Source: Alphaproteobacteria bacterium (lineage in GTDB: Bacteria; Pseudomonadota; Alphaproteobacteria; SP197). From it: DNA of 64,000 bases. The stretch covers positions 2,656,001-2,720,000 of the forward strand of contig OZ219747.1 in assembly GCA_964291265.2 (NCBI GenBank), given 5' to 3'. The position numbers and the translations under genes were made by a program. The notes under the pieces are model-generated. The model was not told the DNA's origin. It did no database searches and saw only the letters and a list, made by a program, of their open reading frames with translations. Shown here in pieces: positions 35,815 to 46,877 of the stretch; the stretch's first letter is position 1, and each line of letters starts with the position of its first letter.

Positions 35815-36345
35815 TCACGGGTCCCTCAGCACCACATGCGTCACGACCCGTCCGCAACGGGCGCACCGAAGCGGCGATTCGCGTCGCTCTTGCGCCTTCA
35901 CAACCGCAGGTAGGGAGGTCGGCAGCAGTCGGGAAGGGTGGTCCGTAACGATTTCTTCGGAACCGGCGTCTCCAGACACCGCCGGAACGTCGCCAAGCAG
36001 CACCACAGCAGACGTCTGCGTGCCCATGATCTCGGCAAGCATCGCCGCCCTGGCCTTCAACGCACGCGCCTCCTCCGCCTTGCGGAGCCGGTAACGCCGC
36101 TGGCGGTGACGGCCCGTCTCACGGCCCCTCAGCGTGCTCTGGTAGCGACGACGCGACGCGCGGCGCCGCTCGATCCGGGACCGCTCCCTGCACTCATCGG
36201 AGCAATACACATGCCCCCGGTCACACGACCGGCAGAGAACAACCTGCCGCTGACACCGCTTGCAGTTGAACAGTCGTCCCGTCGTGCACACGATCCGTCT
36301 CGAGAGCGGGGGTGGACCCGGACGCAAAATGGCTCGACAATACAC
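35815..36345 (-). CDS. Cys-rich putative Zn-binding protein upstream of istA
   Basis: Homolog of 21762-22292. Confidence 0.65.
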   Translation of the reverse strand: MYCRAILRPGPPPLSRRIVCTTGRLFNCKRCQRQVVLCRSCDRGHVYCSDECRERSRIERRRASRRRYQSTLRGRETGRHRQRRYRLRKAEEARALKARAAMLAEIMGTQTSAVVLLGDVPAVSGDAGSEEIVTDHPSRLLPTSLPAVVKAQERRESPLRCARCGRVVTHVVLRDP

Positions 36346-36991
36346 GGGAGTTCGGTCCCCCGTGACCGGCTCGTCCGGGTGCTGCGCCGGGGGTCGTCAT
36401 CACAACTCTGCCCGGCATCGCATCGCTCTTTCTTTCGATGCCGATCTAGCATCCACCCGGGGCGGCGGCAAAGTCGCCGCCCCGGGACCGGACAACGCGA
36501 CCCAGACCACAGGGAAAACAGACGATCCCGCGAGTGCCTCGGAACCGGAACCCTCCCGGCAACCCTCACCAAGACCGAAGCAGAGGCCGACGGAACAACC
36601 CGAACCGGACCAAAACGACAATAGGAAAAGACGGCGACGCTCGGTGAGACAATCAACCGAACACTGAACCCACGACAACAGGACGTGACAATAGGACCTG
36701 ACAACAGGGAAGAAACACGACCCTGACAAAGCGCGGCAAATCGCCGAAATCCCGCCGTTCTATGCAGCCATCAACAGCGCCTCCCAAACGCATCCTCAAC
36801 CGGTGAATATCACCAACAATCACCGCGTGGCCGAACGCTTACTGCCGGCCATCACCCCGGCCGGAAGCGGTGACTCTCGCTCGTCACCATGAGTCGAACA
36901 GGCGGGCACAGGGCTTCGGCACCTCGGGCCCCGAAGCCTTTCAAAGTATCAGACCTGTATAGCAGCTGCTCCGCTTGGTGTTGTTGCGGGC

Positions 36992-37512
36992 ATGCAGGTC
37001 GGTCTCCGCCATTTCGATTCGCGGACGCTTGACTGGTTCGCCGACGCGTTGCGCTACGCCGCCGCCACCCGTCTGGCCCGCGAGCTTTGCGAGCGCACCG
37101 GCTGGTACAACGCCCTCGGCCGTCCGTGCCTGTCGGCGTGTCGGCGGCGACGAAAGCGCAGCCGGCGCTCGCCGGTCGCGTGGGGCTTTGAGCTTCCGCC
37201 GCCACATATGTCTTCGTCGACCATCCCCAGGTGCCCATGGACAACAACCTGGCCGAGAGAACCCTCCGGGGTGCGGTGACCGCGAGAAAGCTGAGCTTCG
37301 GCTCCGACAGCGAGGAGGGCGCCGCCTTCACCGCCATCATGTACTCGGTCATCGGCACCCTTGCCATGAACGGCATCAATGTTCGGCGCTGGCTTCATGA
37401 GTGGCTTGATGCCTGCGCGCAGAACGGCGGCAAGCCGCCGGATGACCTCGACCCGTGGCTGCCATGGTCGATGAGCCCGGAGTGCCGACGGGACCTCGCG
37501 GAACCGGGGTGA
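36992..37512 (+). pseudogene. Chimeric remnant: DUF4338-type N-terminal fragment joined to the 3' end of IS66 tnpC
   Basis: MQVGLRHFDSRTLDWF matches the gene at 39549(-); 37209-37512 matches the tnpC 3' end. Confidence 0.75.
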
Positions 37513-38290
37513 TCGAGTGCCGTTACTACGGCCGTGACTTCACCGCGCACGAGATGGAGCTGTTGCGATCCCTGATCACCCAGCACCCCACCCGTGCGGC
37601 CATCGCCCGCGCCTTCTGCCGCGAGACCGGCTGGTACAAGCCCGACGGGAGCCTCAAGGACATGACGGCGAGGGTCGCCTTGCTGGCCATGCATCGCGAC
37701 GCCCTCATCACGCTGCCGCCACCCCAACACCGAGTGAACCGATCCGGGCCCATCGTCTTCGGACCCGACACAGAGCCACCACCCATCCCGCCTCCCACCA
37801 CACTCGACGAGGTGCGGCCCCTCGCTGTCTCCATCGTCACAGGCGGCAAACGGCAAGGAAAGCTGTGGAACGAGTTCGTCGACCGCCACCACTACCTCGG
37901 CCACACGAGACTGGTCGGAGCCCAGATGCGCTACGCCATCCATGATCGCAACGGAGCGCCCGTCGCCATGCTCGGCTTCTCCACCGCCGCCTGGAAAATC
38001 GCCCCGCGCGACACCTTCATCGGATGGACATCTGAACAGCGTCAGAAGAATCTGCCGCTGGTGGTCGATCCTCGCCTTTTTGATCATGTCCTGAGCTTTC
38101 CGTCGCCAACCTTGGGTCCCACATCCTCGCTATCATGCGGCGCCGACTGTCCGATGACTGGACCAGACGCTGCAACATCACCCCGGTCCTCATCGAAACC
38201 TTCGTCCAGACACCGCGCTACACAGGCGCCGTCTACAAGGCCTCAGGGTGGATCCGTGTCGGAAGCATCAAGGGACGAGGCCGTTACGAG
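37509..38290 (+). pseudogene. DUF4338 (DruA-like) domain gene, frameshifted/truncated
   Basis: WNEFVDRHHYLG, GAQMRY, AAWKIAPRDTFIGW, LIETFV..RYTGAVYKASGW motifs over two frames. Confidence 0.8.
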
Positions 38291-38488
38291 TTGCCGCGGG
38301 AGCGGAGCTGGGGCGGCTGTACGGGCAGGCCGCGACCAAGCGTCTGCCCGCACTTCTGAACACGAATGATCCCTTTGCCTCCGACGACCCACAAACCGGC
38401 CGCTGCAAGGCTTGAGAGATGTCTTCACCTACATGGATATCGATGTACAGCTGTGGAGGAAGTGGCACGAGCCCGATTCCCGCCATTA

Positions 38489-38797
38489 TTATTTCCGAAA
38501 ATATTCATAATCTCTCAATCTTTTCTTACATCTTTTCAGTTCATCCTCTGTGAACAGCTCGTGCCACTCCGCGTTATCGTGGACGACTGCTTCGACACTC
38601 AGATCCAAACGCCCGAGTTCCCAAAGTCGCGTGTACCCGTGCGAGGGTTGCGGACTATTGATAAGCTGTTTTGCTGTTTGAATGGGTCCCTTCTCAATCA
38701 GCATGCGATGAAAGATGCTCGGCGTGTAACCGATGCTCTTTGCTTCGCGATAAATAGCTTGCATGGCTTCGCCAAATCGACGCTCAACATCTGCCAT
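38489..38797 (-). CDS. 102-aa hypothetical protein (lower GC)
   Basis: GGAGAGG RBS; GY.P..F..M, GYTRLWELGRLDLSVEA..W..LF pattern looks like a real conserved domain. Confidence 0.7.
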   Translation of the reverse strand: MADVERRFGEAMQAIYREAKSIGYTPSIFHRMLIEKGPIQTAKQLINSPQPSHGYTRLWELGRLDLSVEAVVHDNAEWHELFTEDELKRCKKRLRDYEYFRK

Positions 38798-38881
38798 TGA
38801 ACCTCTCCCTCAATCTTGCGCCGCGCTGCTGGATTGTCTCATTAGAGGGTGAGCAATTAAATCTCACGCTCCTTTACAGCG

Positions 38882-39549
38882 TTAAGTGTGTGTAGGCCGT
38901 CCGGGCGCACGGCGTGCGTAGCGAGCCTCCCAGTCGTCGGCGATGCGCTCCGCCGCCATGCGCAGGACCCGGGAGGCCAGTCCGTAGACCCGAACGCCGG
39001 GAAGCAGGAGAAACCGATGACCGCAGATCACGCGCCCGATGTTGGCGGCACGGGCCACGGCGGACCATTTGATCCACTCGTCCCGCGCCCGCAGCTTCCA
39101 GGTCGCTAACCCGAATCCCGTCCCGCCGAGCGTGCCGTGGCGGTGCGAGCGGATCCAGTAGCGCTTCTGGCCGCCGGGCGGACGCGCCCATCCCAGGGGG
39201 TGATGCGTCGCCATCATCGCCTCCCAGATCCGGCGATCGTCGGCGTCGCCCACCGGTTCGAGCGAGACTGGGCCGAGATCCTCCAGCAGGCAGGCGAGCC
39301 TGGTATCAGGAACGTCTTCGGCCGGATCGGGGACGCCTTGCGGCGGCGGAAGCTCGAGTTCTGAGCGATCGGCGAGCGCTGGCAACGCCTTCGCTGTCGC
39401 CGACAGGCACGGACGGCCGAGGGCGTTGTGCCAGCCGGTGCGCTCGCAAAGCTCGTGAACCAGACGGTGACGGGTGGCGTCGGCGGAGCGCAATGCGCCG
39501 GCGAACCAGTCAAGCGTCCGCGAGTCGAAATGGCGGAGACCGACCTGCA
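38882..39549 (-). pseudogene. Second DUF4338-domain gene, 3' truncated
   Basis: MMATHHPLG, W.L.ARDEWI.W, RFLLLP.VRV..LAS.VL, DDW..RY. Confidence 0.75.
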
Positions 39550-39819
39550 TGCACGCAGCATGCACGAAACGGATCAGGTGTACAGGTCTGATACTATGAA
39601 AGGCCCGAAGCCCGTGGAGGAGAGAACTGCCGCCGGACGGACTCTCAAGGGGGAAGGCGGTTCCCGGCACGAGAGTGAAAACAGGCATGCGCCATTGTCG
39701 GATAACCGTAACGCCGCAATGCAGCGGGGGTGTTTTGCCGGGCATCCGCATGGGAAGATGGCATCACGTGTTGTTCAAGGTTCATGTGCATGGAGGAGGG
39801 AGGCGCATGGTGAGGCACG

Positions 39820-40953
39820 ATGGCTGAACGGGCCGACTGCGTGGTGATCGGCGCGGGACTGATCGGTCTTGCGATCGCCCATGAACTTGCAGGGAAGGGG
39901 ATGTCCTGCCGCGTGATCGATCGGGGAAGGATCGCCGGCGGGACGACATCGACGACATTCGCCTGGCTCAATGCCACCTCCAAGCTGGAACAGGACTACC
40001 ATCGGCTCAACCTTGCCGGCGTGGAGGGACATCGGCAATGGGCTTCCCGCTGGGGGAGCGACGTGACCGGTCACCGGCAAACGGGCTGCCTGATGTGGGC
40101 GGGCACGGACACCGCCACCACCCCTGATGATCTCGAACGGACCTTCGAGCATCTCTCCCGCCTTGACTATCCCTGTTGCCGCGTCGGCGGGCGCGAACTG
40201 GCCGACCTGGAGCCGCGCATTGCCTTCGGTCACGAGGCCGAAGGATTGCTGATGCCGCTGGATGGTTGGCTCGATGCACCGCGTCTGGCCGGTCACCTCG
40301 CGGAAGGCATCGTGCGCGGGGGAGGCGCCATCCATGAGGAGGCGCCGGTGACTGGCTTCCTCGGCGCCGCTCCCCTTCTGGAGGGCGTCTTGAGCGCAAG
40401 GGGCCCGTTCCATGCCGACTGGATCGTCATCGCCGCCGGGACCGCAACCGGTGACCTCGCGGCCATGGCGCTCGGGCACCAGATGGCGTTCCGGCCGGTG
40501 GAGAGTGACCCCGGTCTCCTGGTGGAGATTGTCGGGGCAGGGGCGTGGCTCAATCGCGTCGTCTGTTTTCCCGAAGGTGACGATGAACTCCACGTGCGCC
40601 CCACTGCGGCAGGGGGGCTGCTGATGGGAGCGGATGCCGCGGACAGGATGCTGTCCGACGACCTGCGGGCGAGGCGCCATCTCGCCGCCAGGGCACGACA
40701 CTACCTCGTCGGCCTCGATGCGGCTGACGTGATGGCGCGGACGACTGCGCGGGTCGGGCATCGTCCGATGCCTGCGGACGGTCGCTCGATCGTCGGTCAC
40801 CTTCCCGGATGCGACAACGTCTTCGTCGCCGTGACCCACAGCGGTATCACCCTGGCGCCGGCCATAGGCGCCCTGCTGGCCGACGAGATCACCGGCAGGC
40901 CGGCGTCACCCCTGTTGCAGGAGTTCCGCCCCTACCGGTTCGCCTGGACATGA
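39820..40953 (+). CDS. FAD-dependent oxidoreductase (DAO family)
   Basis: VIGAGLIG, RPMPADG.SIVG, HSGITLAP. Confidence 0.9.
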   Translation: MAERADCVVIGAGLIGLAIAHELAGKGMSCRVIDRGRIAGGTTSTTFAWLNATSKLEQDYHRLNLAGVEGHRQWASRWGSDVTGHRQTGCLMWAGTDTATTPDDLERTFEHLSRLDYPCCRVGGRELADLEPRIAFGHEAEGLLMPLDGWLDAPRLAGHLAEGIVRGGGAIHEEAPVTGFLGAAPLLEGVLSARGPFHADWIVIAAGTATGDLAAMALGHQMAFRPVESDPGLLVEIVGAGAWLNRVVCFPEGDDELHVRPTAAGGLLMGADAADRMLSDDLRARRHLAARARHYLVGLDAADVMARTTARVGHRPMPADGRSIVGHLPGCDNVFVAVTHSGITLAPAIGALLADEITGRPASPLLQEFRPYRFAWT

Positions 40954-41004
40954 AAAAATGGGGGCCCTCCCGGTGGCAAGCCTGGAGGACCCCTGGTCCC
41001 GGTG

Positions 41005-42546
41005 TCAGATCTTGTATCCGAGCGACCTGGCGCCGTCGATGAAGTTCCGGTACTGGGCCTTCTGCTTGTCGAGGCCGAGTTTCTGGGCGATCTGCACCCA
41101 CTCCTCGGCCGCCTCGTCGAGCGCCTGCTGCGAGGTCAGCTCACCGGAAATGGCCTTGGAGATGTTGCGCCCGAGGGCATCGGCGTACTCCGGTGCTCCC
41201 TCCCAGAAGAACTGCGGGTAGCCCACCTCGACATTGGCAAGACCGGCATCGAGATGATTGCGGGCCCTTCCGAAGGTCTGGAAGATGCCGTCGTTCGTCG
41301 GATAGATGTCGTTCGTCCCACGCTGCGGATTGGGCTCGATGTACATCTGCGCCGCTGCATCGGTGTAGTGCGTTGCGCCGAATGGATCGGACCCGCAGTA
41401 GGGATCGGCGACGATCCTGTCGGAGTAGTCGGGATGCGACATGCGGTAGATGAAGTAGAAGGCCGCATCCTTGATGTCCTGGGGCAGGTTCGCCGGAATG
41501 GAGGCCGTCCGGCACCACAGGCTGATCGCCCGGTGGAACACCTCGCCGTCGTCGTGGACCCAGCCCGGCACGATAGCCGCACCCTGATCTTCGGCACGCT
41601 CCATGCCCTGTTGCTGGACCGTGAATTCCGCGAGATCGATCCACCACACCGACATCACGTCCGAACCCGACTGCCAGCGCTGGATGGTCGTTCCGATATC
41701 CATGGCTTCGGCGCCCGGAGGTCCGAACTTGATGATCTCCTGGTACATGTCCAGAGACTCGGCCGCCTTGCCCTGGTTGATGACCGGGTTCATGTTCTCG
41801 TCGAAGTAGTTGACGCCGGCCGAAGCGGCGATGTCCATCCAGAAACCCCATCCGAAGTTTGGTGGATTGACGACCATCGACGTGCCGTAGATGCCCTGCG
41901 AACCCAGTTCCTCGGTCATGAACTGCGTGACGTTGAGGAAGTCCGGCCATGTGCTGGGGACTTCGAGACTGGTCTGGAAGCGCTTGGAGTACTTCGACTG
42001 CAGTTCCGCGTCCTCGAAGAAGCTCTTGCGATAGTGCAGGATGTGGATGTCGCCATCCAGCATCACGCCATAGGTCTTGCCGGCCCACTTCGTATAGAAC
42101 TCGCGGTAGGCGGGCATGACCCAGTCGAGATAGGCATCGCTGCCCTCGTACTGGGCGAAGTAGTCGTCCAGGGGCTCGAGCTGCCCGGTTTCGGCGAAGG
42201 CGCCGAAGAAGAGCGAGGGATACTGCACCCAGTCGAACCTTGGATTGCGTGACAGGAGCTGCGGCAGGATCTTGGCCACGGCCTCGCCGCCATCGTAGTT
42301 CTCGCGCCCCTTGATGCCGACACCGGCTTCATTCATCAGGTGCTCCGACAGCCACAGCGGTGCATGAAGCCAGTTCGAGTCCTGGAAGTAGGTCAGCTCG
42401 ACATCATTGAAGAGCTTCTTTCCTGGAGGAACGGACTGTGCGCCCCACGACAGCCTGCCGGGAAGCTGGAGGCCAGCCGCGGCACCAGCGCCGGCGGCTA
42501 CGGATTTCATGAACTTGCGTCGTGTCCATGCACTGAATACACCCAT
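41005..42546 (-). CDS. Carbohydrate ABC transporter substrate-binding protein (Tat signal)
   Basis: TRRKFMK twin-arginine motif; LEPLD, YRK..F, P.TW motifs. Confidence 0.88.
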   Translation of the reverse strand: MGVFSAWTRRKFMKSVAAGAGAAAGLQLPGRLSWGAQSVPPGKKLFNDVELTYFQDSNWLHAPLWLSEHLMNEAGVGIKGRENYDGGEAVAKILPQLLSRNPRFDWVQYPSLFFGAFAETGQLEPLDDYFAQYEGSDAYLDWVMPAYREFYTKWAGKTYGVMLDGDIHILHYRKSFFEDAELQSKYSKRFQTSLEVPSTWPDFLNVTQFMTEELGSQGIYGTSMVVNPPNFGWGFWMDIAASAGVNYFDENMNPVINQGKAAESLDMYQEIIKFGPPGAEAMDIGTTIQRWQSGSDVMSVWWIDLAEFTVQQQGMERAEDQGAAIVPGWVHDDGEVFHRAISLWCRTASIPANLPQDIKDAAFYFIYRMSHPDYSDRIVADPYCGSDPFGATHYTDAAAQMYIEPNPQRGTNDIYPTNDGIFQTFGRARNHLDAGLANVEVGYPQFFWEGAPEYADALGRNISKAISGELTSQQALDEAAEEWVQIAQKLGLDKQKAQYRNFIDGARSLGYKI

Positions 42547-42619
42547 GGGATTCTTCCTTTCTCCTGGTCAATGTCGGGACAGGCAACATCCTGTCCCGGA
42601 TGGTGGGCGCGTGCGGCCG

Positions 42620-43720
42620 TCAGGTCACAAGCGCTCCGGATTCGCTGTCGAAGATCATCACGTCCCGCGGGTCCAGGCTGAAGCCCGCATGATCGCCCGG
42701 CGTCATCCGGGTGTCCGGAGGCGCCAGCGCCTGCAGGGTCACGTCGCCGGTCACGATCGAGAGGATGGACTTCTCCCCGAGGTATTCGTTGATCACGACC
42801 TTGCCGCCGATCGTCGCACCATGGTCGCAAAGATGAAGGTTCTGGGGGCGGATGCCCACCATGAACTCGCGTCCCCCATGGGCATCGAGGCTCGGCATCC
42901 GATCCGCAGCCACGTCAAAGACGAGATCCGCGCCGGTGGCATGGAGCTGGATGCACCCCGCGTCGTCGCGTCGTTCCACCGGGATGAAGGTCGTCGGTGG
43001 TTCGCCGATGAAGTCGGCCACGAACATGTTCGCGGGACGGTTGTAGAGCGTGTTGCGGTTGCCGACCTGCTGGAGTTCGGCGTTCGACATCACGGCAACC
43101 CTGTCCGCCAGCGCCAGGGCCTCCACCTGATCGTGCGTGACATAGATCATGGTGCGCCGGAGTTCCTGGTGAAGTCGCTTGAGGTCAAACAGCATCTGGA
43201 ACTTGAGGTGGGCATCGAGGTGGCTCATCACCTCGTCGAGAATGAACACCGCCGGCTCTCGAATCAAGGCCCGTCCCAGGCTGACGCGCTGCTGCTGACC
43301 GCCGGAGAGGACCGGTGGCTTGGCCGGGAGGATTTCGGTGATGCGCAGCAGTTCCGCCAGGTCCCGGGCACGGCGGCGCCTTTCTTCATGAGGCACACCG
43401 CGCACCTCAAGAGGAAAGGCGAGGTTCTCCTCGACGGTGAAGTTCGGGTAGAGGGCATAGGTCTCGAAGGCCATGGCCACGTTGCGATCCCTGGGCTCGA
43501 GATCGTTGACGCGCAGGTCGCCGAAGTGGATGGCGCCGGAGGTGATCGGTTCGAGACCGACGATCATGCGCAGCGTCGAGGTCTTGCCGCATCCGGATGG
43601 GCCCAGCAACGCCATGAATTCACCATCCGACACCGCGAGGTCGAGGTCGCGCACCGCGTGAACGCGTGCCCGTCCGGACCCGTAGATCTTGTTGACCTTG
43701 TTCAGTGTCACGTTCGACAT
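42620..43720 (-). CDS. ABC transporter ATP-binding protein (MalK-like)
   Basis: GPSGCGKT, LSGGQQQR, YVTHDQ. Confidence 0.93.
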   Translation of the reverse strand: MSNVTLNKVNKIYGSGRARVHAVRDLDLAVSDGEFMALLGPSGCGKTSTLRMIVGLEPITSGAIHFGDLRVNDLEPRDRNVAMAFETYALYPNFTVEENLAFPLEVRGVPHEERRRRARDLAELLRITEILPAKPPVLSGGQQQRVSLGRALIREPAVFILDEVMSHLDAHLKFQMLFDLKRLHQELRRTMIYVTHDQVEALALADRVAVMSNAELQQVGNRNTLYNRPANMFVADFIGEPPTTFIPVERRDDAGCIQLHATGADLVFDVAADRMPSLDAHGGREFMVGIRPQNLHLCDHGATIGGKVVINEYLGEKSILSIVTGDVTLQALAPPDTRMTPGDHAGFSLDPRDVMIFDSESGALVT

Positions 43721-43721
43721 G

Positions 43722-44816
43722 TTACAACAACAGGTTGCGCCCGTCGGCCGGGCTGAACAGGTAGAGAGCGTCGGGGTTCCATGCCAGGGTGACCATCTCT
43801 CCGTGGTCGAACGCGCGTTCGGGCCGTGTGAGGGCCGTCAGTCTGACACCACCGGCATCCACGATCATGACGCCCGTGGAACCCAGCGCCTCGAAGAGGT
43901 CGATACGGCCCTCGAGCGCCATGCCCTCGGGCAGTTCATCCGCCGGACGCAGATGCTGGGGCCGCAGGCCGACGGTCACCCGGTGTTGCCGCACCCGCGC
44001 CAGGGCCGAACGATGGGCCGGTGAAATCGGCAGGCGAAGTGTTCCGGCGCGGGCCTCCAGACGGTCGTCCACGTCGACGAGTTCGGCCTCGATGGCATTG
44101 ATGGTGGGTTGCCCCAGATGCTCGGCGACAAACAGCGTCGCCGGCTGTTCGAAGAGTTCCCGCGGATTGCCGACCTGGATCAGGTGGCCGCCGTTGCCCA
44201 TGACGGCAATCCTGTCCCCCAGCGACAGCGCTTCGGCATAGTCGTGCGTGACGTAGACGGTCGCCACCCGGCGCAGGTCTTCCAGGGTGTGGAACTGGCT
44301 GCGCAACTCGTGCCGGATGCGCGCGTCGAGATGGCTGATCGGCTCGTCCAGCAGGAAGACCTGGGGGTCGGCAACCAGGGTGCGGCCAAGCGCGGTCCGC
44401 TGCTTCTGGCCGCCCGAGATCTCTCCGGGCTTGCGCTCGAGCAGCGTGTCGATGCGCAGAAGGCGCGTCACCTCCCCGACACGCCGCCTGATCTCGTTCC
44501 CGGGAAGACCTCGCGCCCTGAGCGGCGAGGCGATGTTCGCGGCCACGGTCATGTGAGGATAGAGGGCGTAGCTCTCGAAGGTCATCGCCACATCGCGGCG
44601 GTAGGGAGGAACCCGCGTGACATCGCGGTCACCGACGAGGATGCGCCCGCGATCCGGCGTTTCGAGGCCCGCCACGAGTCGCAGCAGCGTGGTCTTGCCG
44701 ATACCTGACGGGCCGACGATGACCAGGAACTCGCCTTCCTCGACATCGAGCGAGAGATCGTCGATGACCGGAAAGTCCCAGCCCTTGCACAGCCCTTCGA
44801 TCGCCAGTCGCGCCAT
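43722..44816 (-). CDS. ABC transporter ATP-binding protein (MalK-like)
   Basis: GPSGIGKT, ISGGQKQR, LLDEP; start at MARLAIE. Confidence 0.93.
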   Translation of the reverse strand: MARLAIEGLCKGWDFPVIDDLSLDVEEGEFLVIVGPSGIGKTTLLRLVAGLETPDRGRILVGDRDVTRVPPYRRDVAMTFESYALYPHMTVAANIASPLRARGLPGNEIRRRVGEVTRLLRIDTLLERKPGEISGGQKQRTALGRTLVADPQVFLLDEPISHLDARIRHELRSQFHTLEDLRRVATVYVTHDYAEALSLGDRIAVMGNGGHLIQVGNPRELFEQPATLFVAEHLGQPTINAIEAELVDVDDRLEARAGTLRLPISPAHRSALARVRQHRVTVGLRPQHLRPADELPEGMALEGRIDLFEALGSTGVMIVDAGGVRLTALTRPERAFDHGEMVTLAWNPDALYLFSPADGRNLLL

Positions 44817-45670
44817 CAGCCCTTGACCACCCCCAGAGACAGGCCGCGCACCATGTAGCGACGCAGCAGGATGAACAGGGTCACGGGGGGAATCATGGCG
44901 ATCAGAGAGAACGCCATCTGCAGGTTCCACAGTGTCTGGGAACCATGCGTGAACGTGGGAATGACGATGGTATAGGTGCGCACGTCGGTGCCGACAAACA
45001 GGTTGGCGAACAGGTACTCGTTCCAGGCGAAGATCCAGCACAACATCGCCACCGAGATCATTCCAGGCAGCACCAGGGGCAGGGTGATGCGCATGAAGGC
45101 GCGCAACGGGGTCCAGCCGTCGAGGTAGGCGGCTTCCTCGAGCTCGCGGGGCGCATCGCGGAAGAACACCATCATCAGCCAGGTAGCCAGCGGCAGGTTG
45201 AAAACGAGGTAGAGGATGATGAGCGACCAGATCGAATCGGTGCCCCACGGAGTCGAATCGAAGAGAAAGAACATCGGCACCAGGATGGCGACCGGGGGAA
45301 ACATGCGATTCGAGAGTATCCAGAAGGCAAGGTTCTCTCCCCCGGCCTGGCGCGGGAAGCGGGCAAAGGCATAGCCGGCGAGGGTGCCGAGAAACAGCGA
45401 CAGCACGGTGTTGACCGTGGCGATGACGAAACTGTCGACCAGCGCGTCGAAGTTGGTCGCCTCGGCGAAGACCGCGGCGAAGTTGCCGAATGCGAGGAGT
45501 TCGGGCCAGAAGGTCGGCACCGTGAGATTGGTCTCGGCGGTCGTCTTGAGGGCCGTGATGATCATGAAGTAGAGCGGGAACAGGGTGAACAGGAGCCACA
45601 GCCCCAGGAAGGCCAGGAACAGCACGCGGACGTGCCTCCACCGGTCGTCGGGTCCTGCCGGGTCCGCCAT
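44816..45670 (-). CDS. Carbohydrate ABC transporter permease
   Basis: ELEEAAYLDG EAA loop, AWNEY. Confidence 0.93.
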   Translation of the reverse strand: MADPAGPDDRWRHVRVLFLAFLGLWLLFTLFPLYFMIITALKTTAETNLTVPTFWPELLAFGNFAAVFAEATNFDALVDSFVIATVNTVLSLFLGTLAGYAFARFPRQAGGENLAFWILSNRMFPPVAILVPMFFLFDSTPWGTDSIWSLIILYLVFNLPLATWLMMVFFRDAPRELEEAAYLDGWTPLRAFMRITLPLVLPGMISVAMLCWIFAWNEYLFANLFVGTDVRTYTIVIPTFTHGSQTLWNLQMAFSLIAMIPPVTLFILLRRYMVRGLSLGVVKG

Positions 45671-45673
45671 CGC

Positions 45674-46648
45674 TCAGGCAAGTCCCTGGGCGCGCATGAC
45701 GCGCTTCATATACTGCAGGAAGAGCGTGACGAGGATCGCCGAGATGGCGAAGATGATGATCGCATAGGCGGCGGCTTCACCGATCGCGAACTCGCGGATA
45801 CCGCGCTGGAAGGCAATGTAGGTCGGCAGTTCCGATGTCTGCGCCGGTCCCCCCGATGTCATGACGTACACCAGGTCGACGAACTTGAAGGCGTCCGTGA
45901 ACCGCAGGATGAAGGCGATGGCGATGACTTCCTTCAGCATGGGAAGGGTGATGCGCCGCACCACCTTCCACTGGCTCGCGCCATCGACGCGGGCGGCCTC
46001 GTAGACTGCCGGGGGCAGGCTGACACGTCCGGAATAGATGATCAGCAACGGCAGCGCCGTCCAGTTCCACACGTCGGCAATGATGATCGACCACAGCGAA
46101 ACTCCGGCATTGAACCACTCGATGTGAGCGGAGATCAGGCCGAGGTCGAGGAGTGCCTGGTTGACGGCGCCGTTGGAAGGCGTCAGCAGGAAGCGCCAGA
46201 GAACGCCGACGATCGAAGGTGGCAGCATCATCGGCAGGACCAGGAGAATCAGGATGATGGTGCGCCACAGGTTGGACTTGACGACTTCGTAGAGCGTCAG
46301 CGCCAGGATGCCGCCGAGGATGACCTGGAGCACGGCTCCGAACGAAAGGTACTGCAGGAGGTGGACCAGACTGTCCTGGAAGCGGTCCGAACCGAACACG
46401 GTGCCATAGTTGGCAAATCCCACATACGCGTGATTTCCGGTGAAGAGGCCCGTGATGTTGGTGTCACGCAACGAGTGATAGAACATCCAGATGGTGGGGT
46501 AGACGACGATGGCGAAGAGAACGGCCACCGGCAGTCCGACCATGGCGACAGGCACCCAGCGGGCCACGATGAGGGGCCGCTGCCGCCGCTTGCCATCGAA
46601 CCAGTCGGGATAGGTCGAGGGGTCACCCCTGACAATCGCCTGGTGCAC
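45674..46648 (-). CDS. Carbohydrate ABC transporter permease
   Basis: YEAARVDGA EAA loop; start approximate. Confidence 0.9.
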   Translation of the reverse strand: MHQAIVRGDPSTYPDWFDGKRRQRPLIVARWVPVAMVGLPVAVLFAIVVYPTIWMFYHSLRDTNITGLFTGNHAYVGFANYGTVFGSDRFQDSLVHLLQYLSFGAVLQVILGGILALTLYEVVKSNLWRTIILILLVLPMMLPPSIVGVLWRFLLTPSNGAVNQALLDLGLISAHIEWFNAGVSLWSIIIADVWNWTALPLLIIYSGRVSLPPAVYEAARVDGASQWKVVRRITLPMLKEVIAIAFILRFTDAFKFVDLVYVMTSGGPAQTSELPTYIAFQRGIREFAIGEAAAYAIIIFAISAILVTLFLQYMKRVMRAQGLA

Positions 46649-46877
46649 GCTCAACACTCCGGGAGGAACAGACACACCGGCCCATCGCGGACCGACCTCC
46701 GATCCCGAGGCATGCAAGCGAGGAACCCCCGGCCATCAGGAACGGACGGGCGACGCTACACGAGATCAGGGCGGGCGTAAATGACGCATGCAGCGCCTGA
46801 CGGAACGCCGCACTGGACAGTCTGCCCGACTCTGGCGAGTCTTCCCCGGTTCGGCTCGGACCAGGGGAGTACGTGAC

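Larger units (their letters stand above)
31449..36776 (-). mobile_element. IS21-family element copy 2 with cargo
   Basis: Inverted near-identical copy of 21338-26681; 5-bp TSD GCGCC (31444-31448, 36777-36781). Confidence 0.93.
28627..36842 (+). mobile_element. IS66-family element copy 3 (contains IS21 copy 2)
   Basis: GTAAGCGTTCGGCC IRs; 8-bp TSD TGCCGGCC (28619-28626, 36843-36850). Confidence 0.95.

Noticed and set aside
21338-36776. Composite transposon formed by the two inverted IS21 copies
   Set aside because: Each copy has its own distinct TSD (CCTGA, GCGCC), indicating independent insertions.
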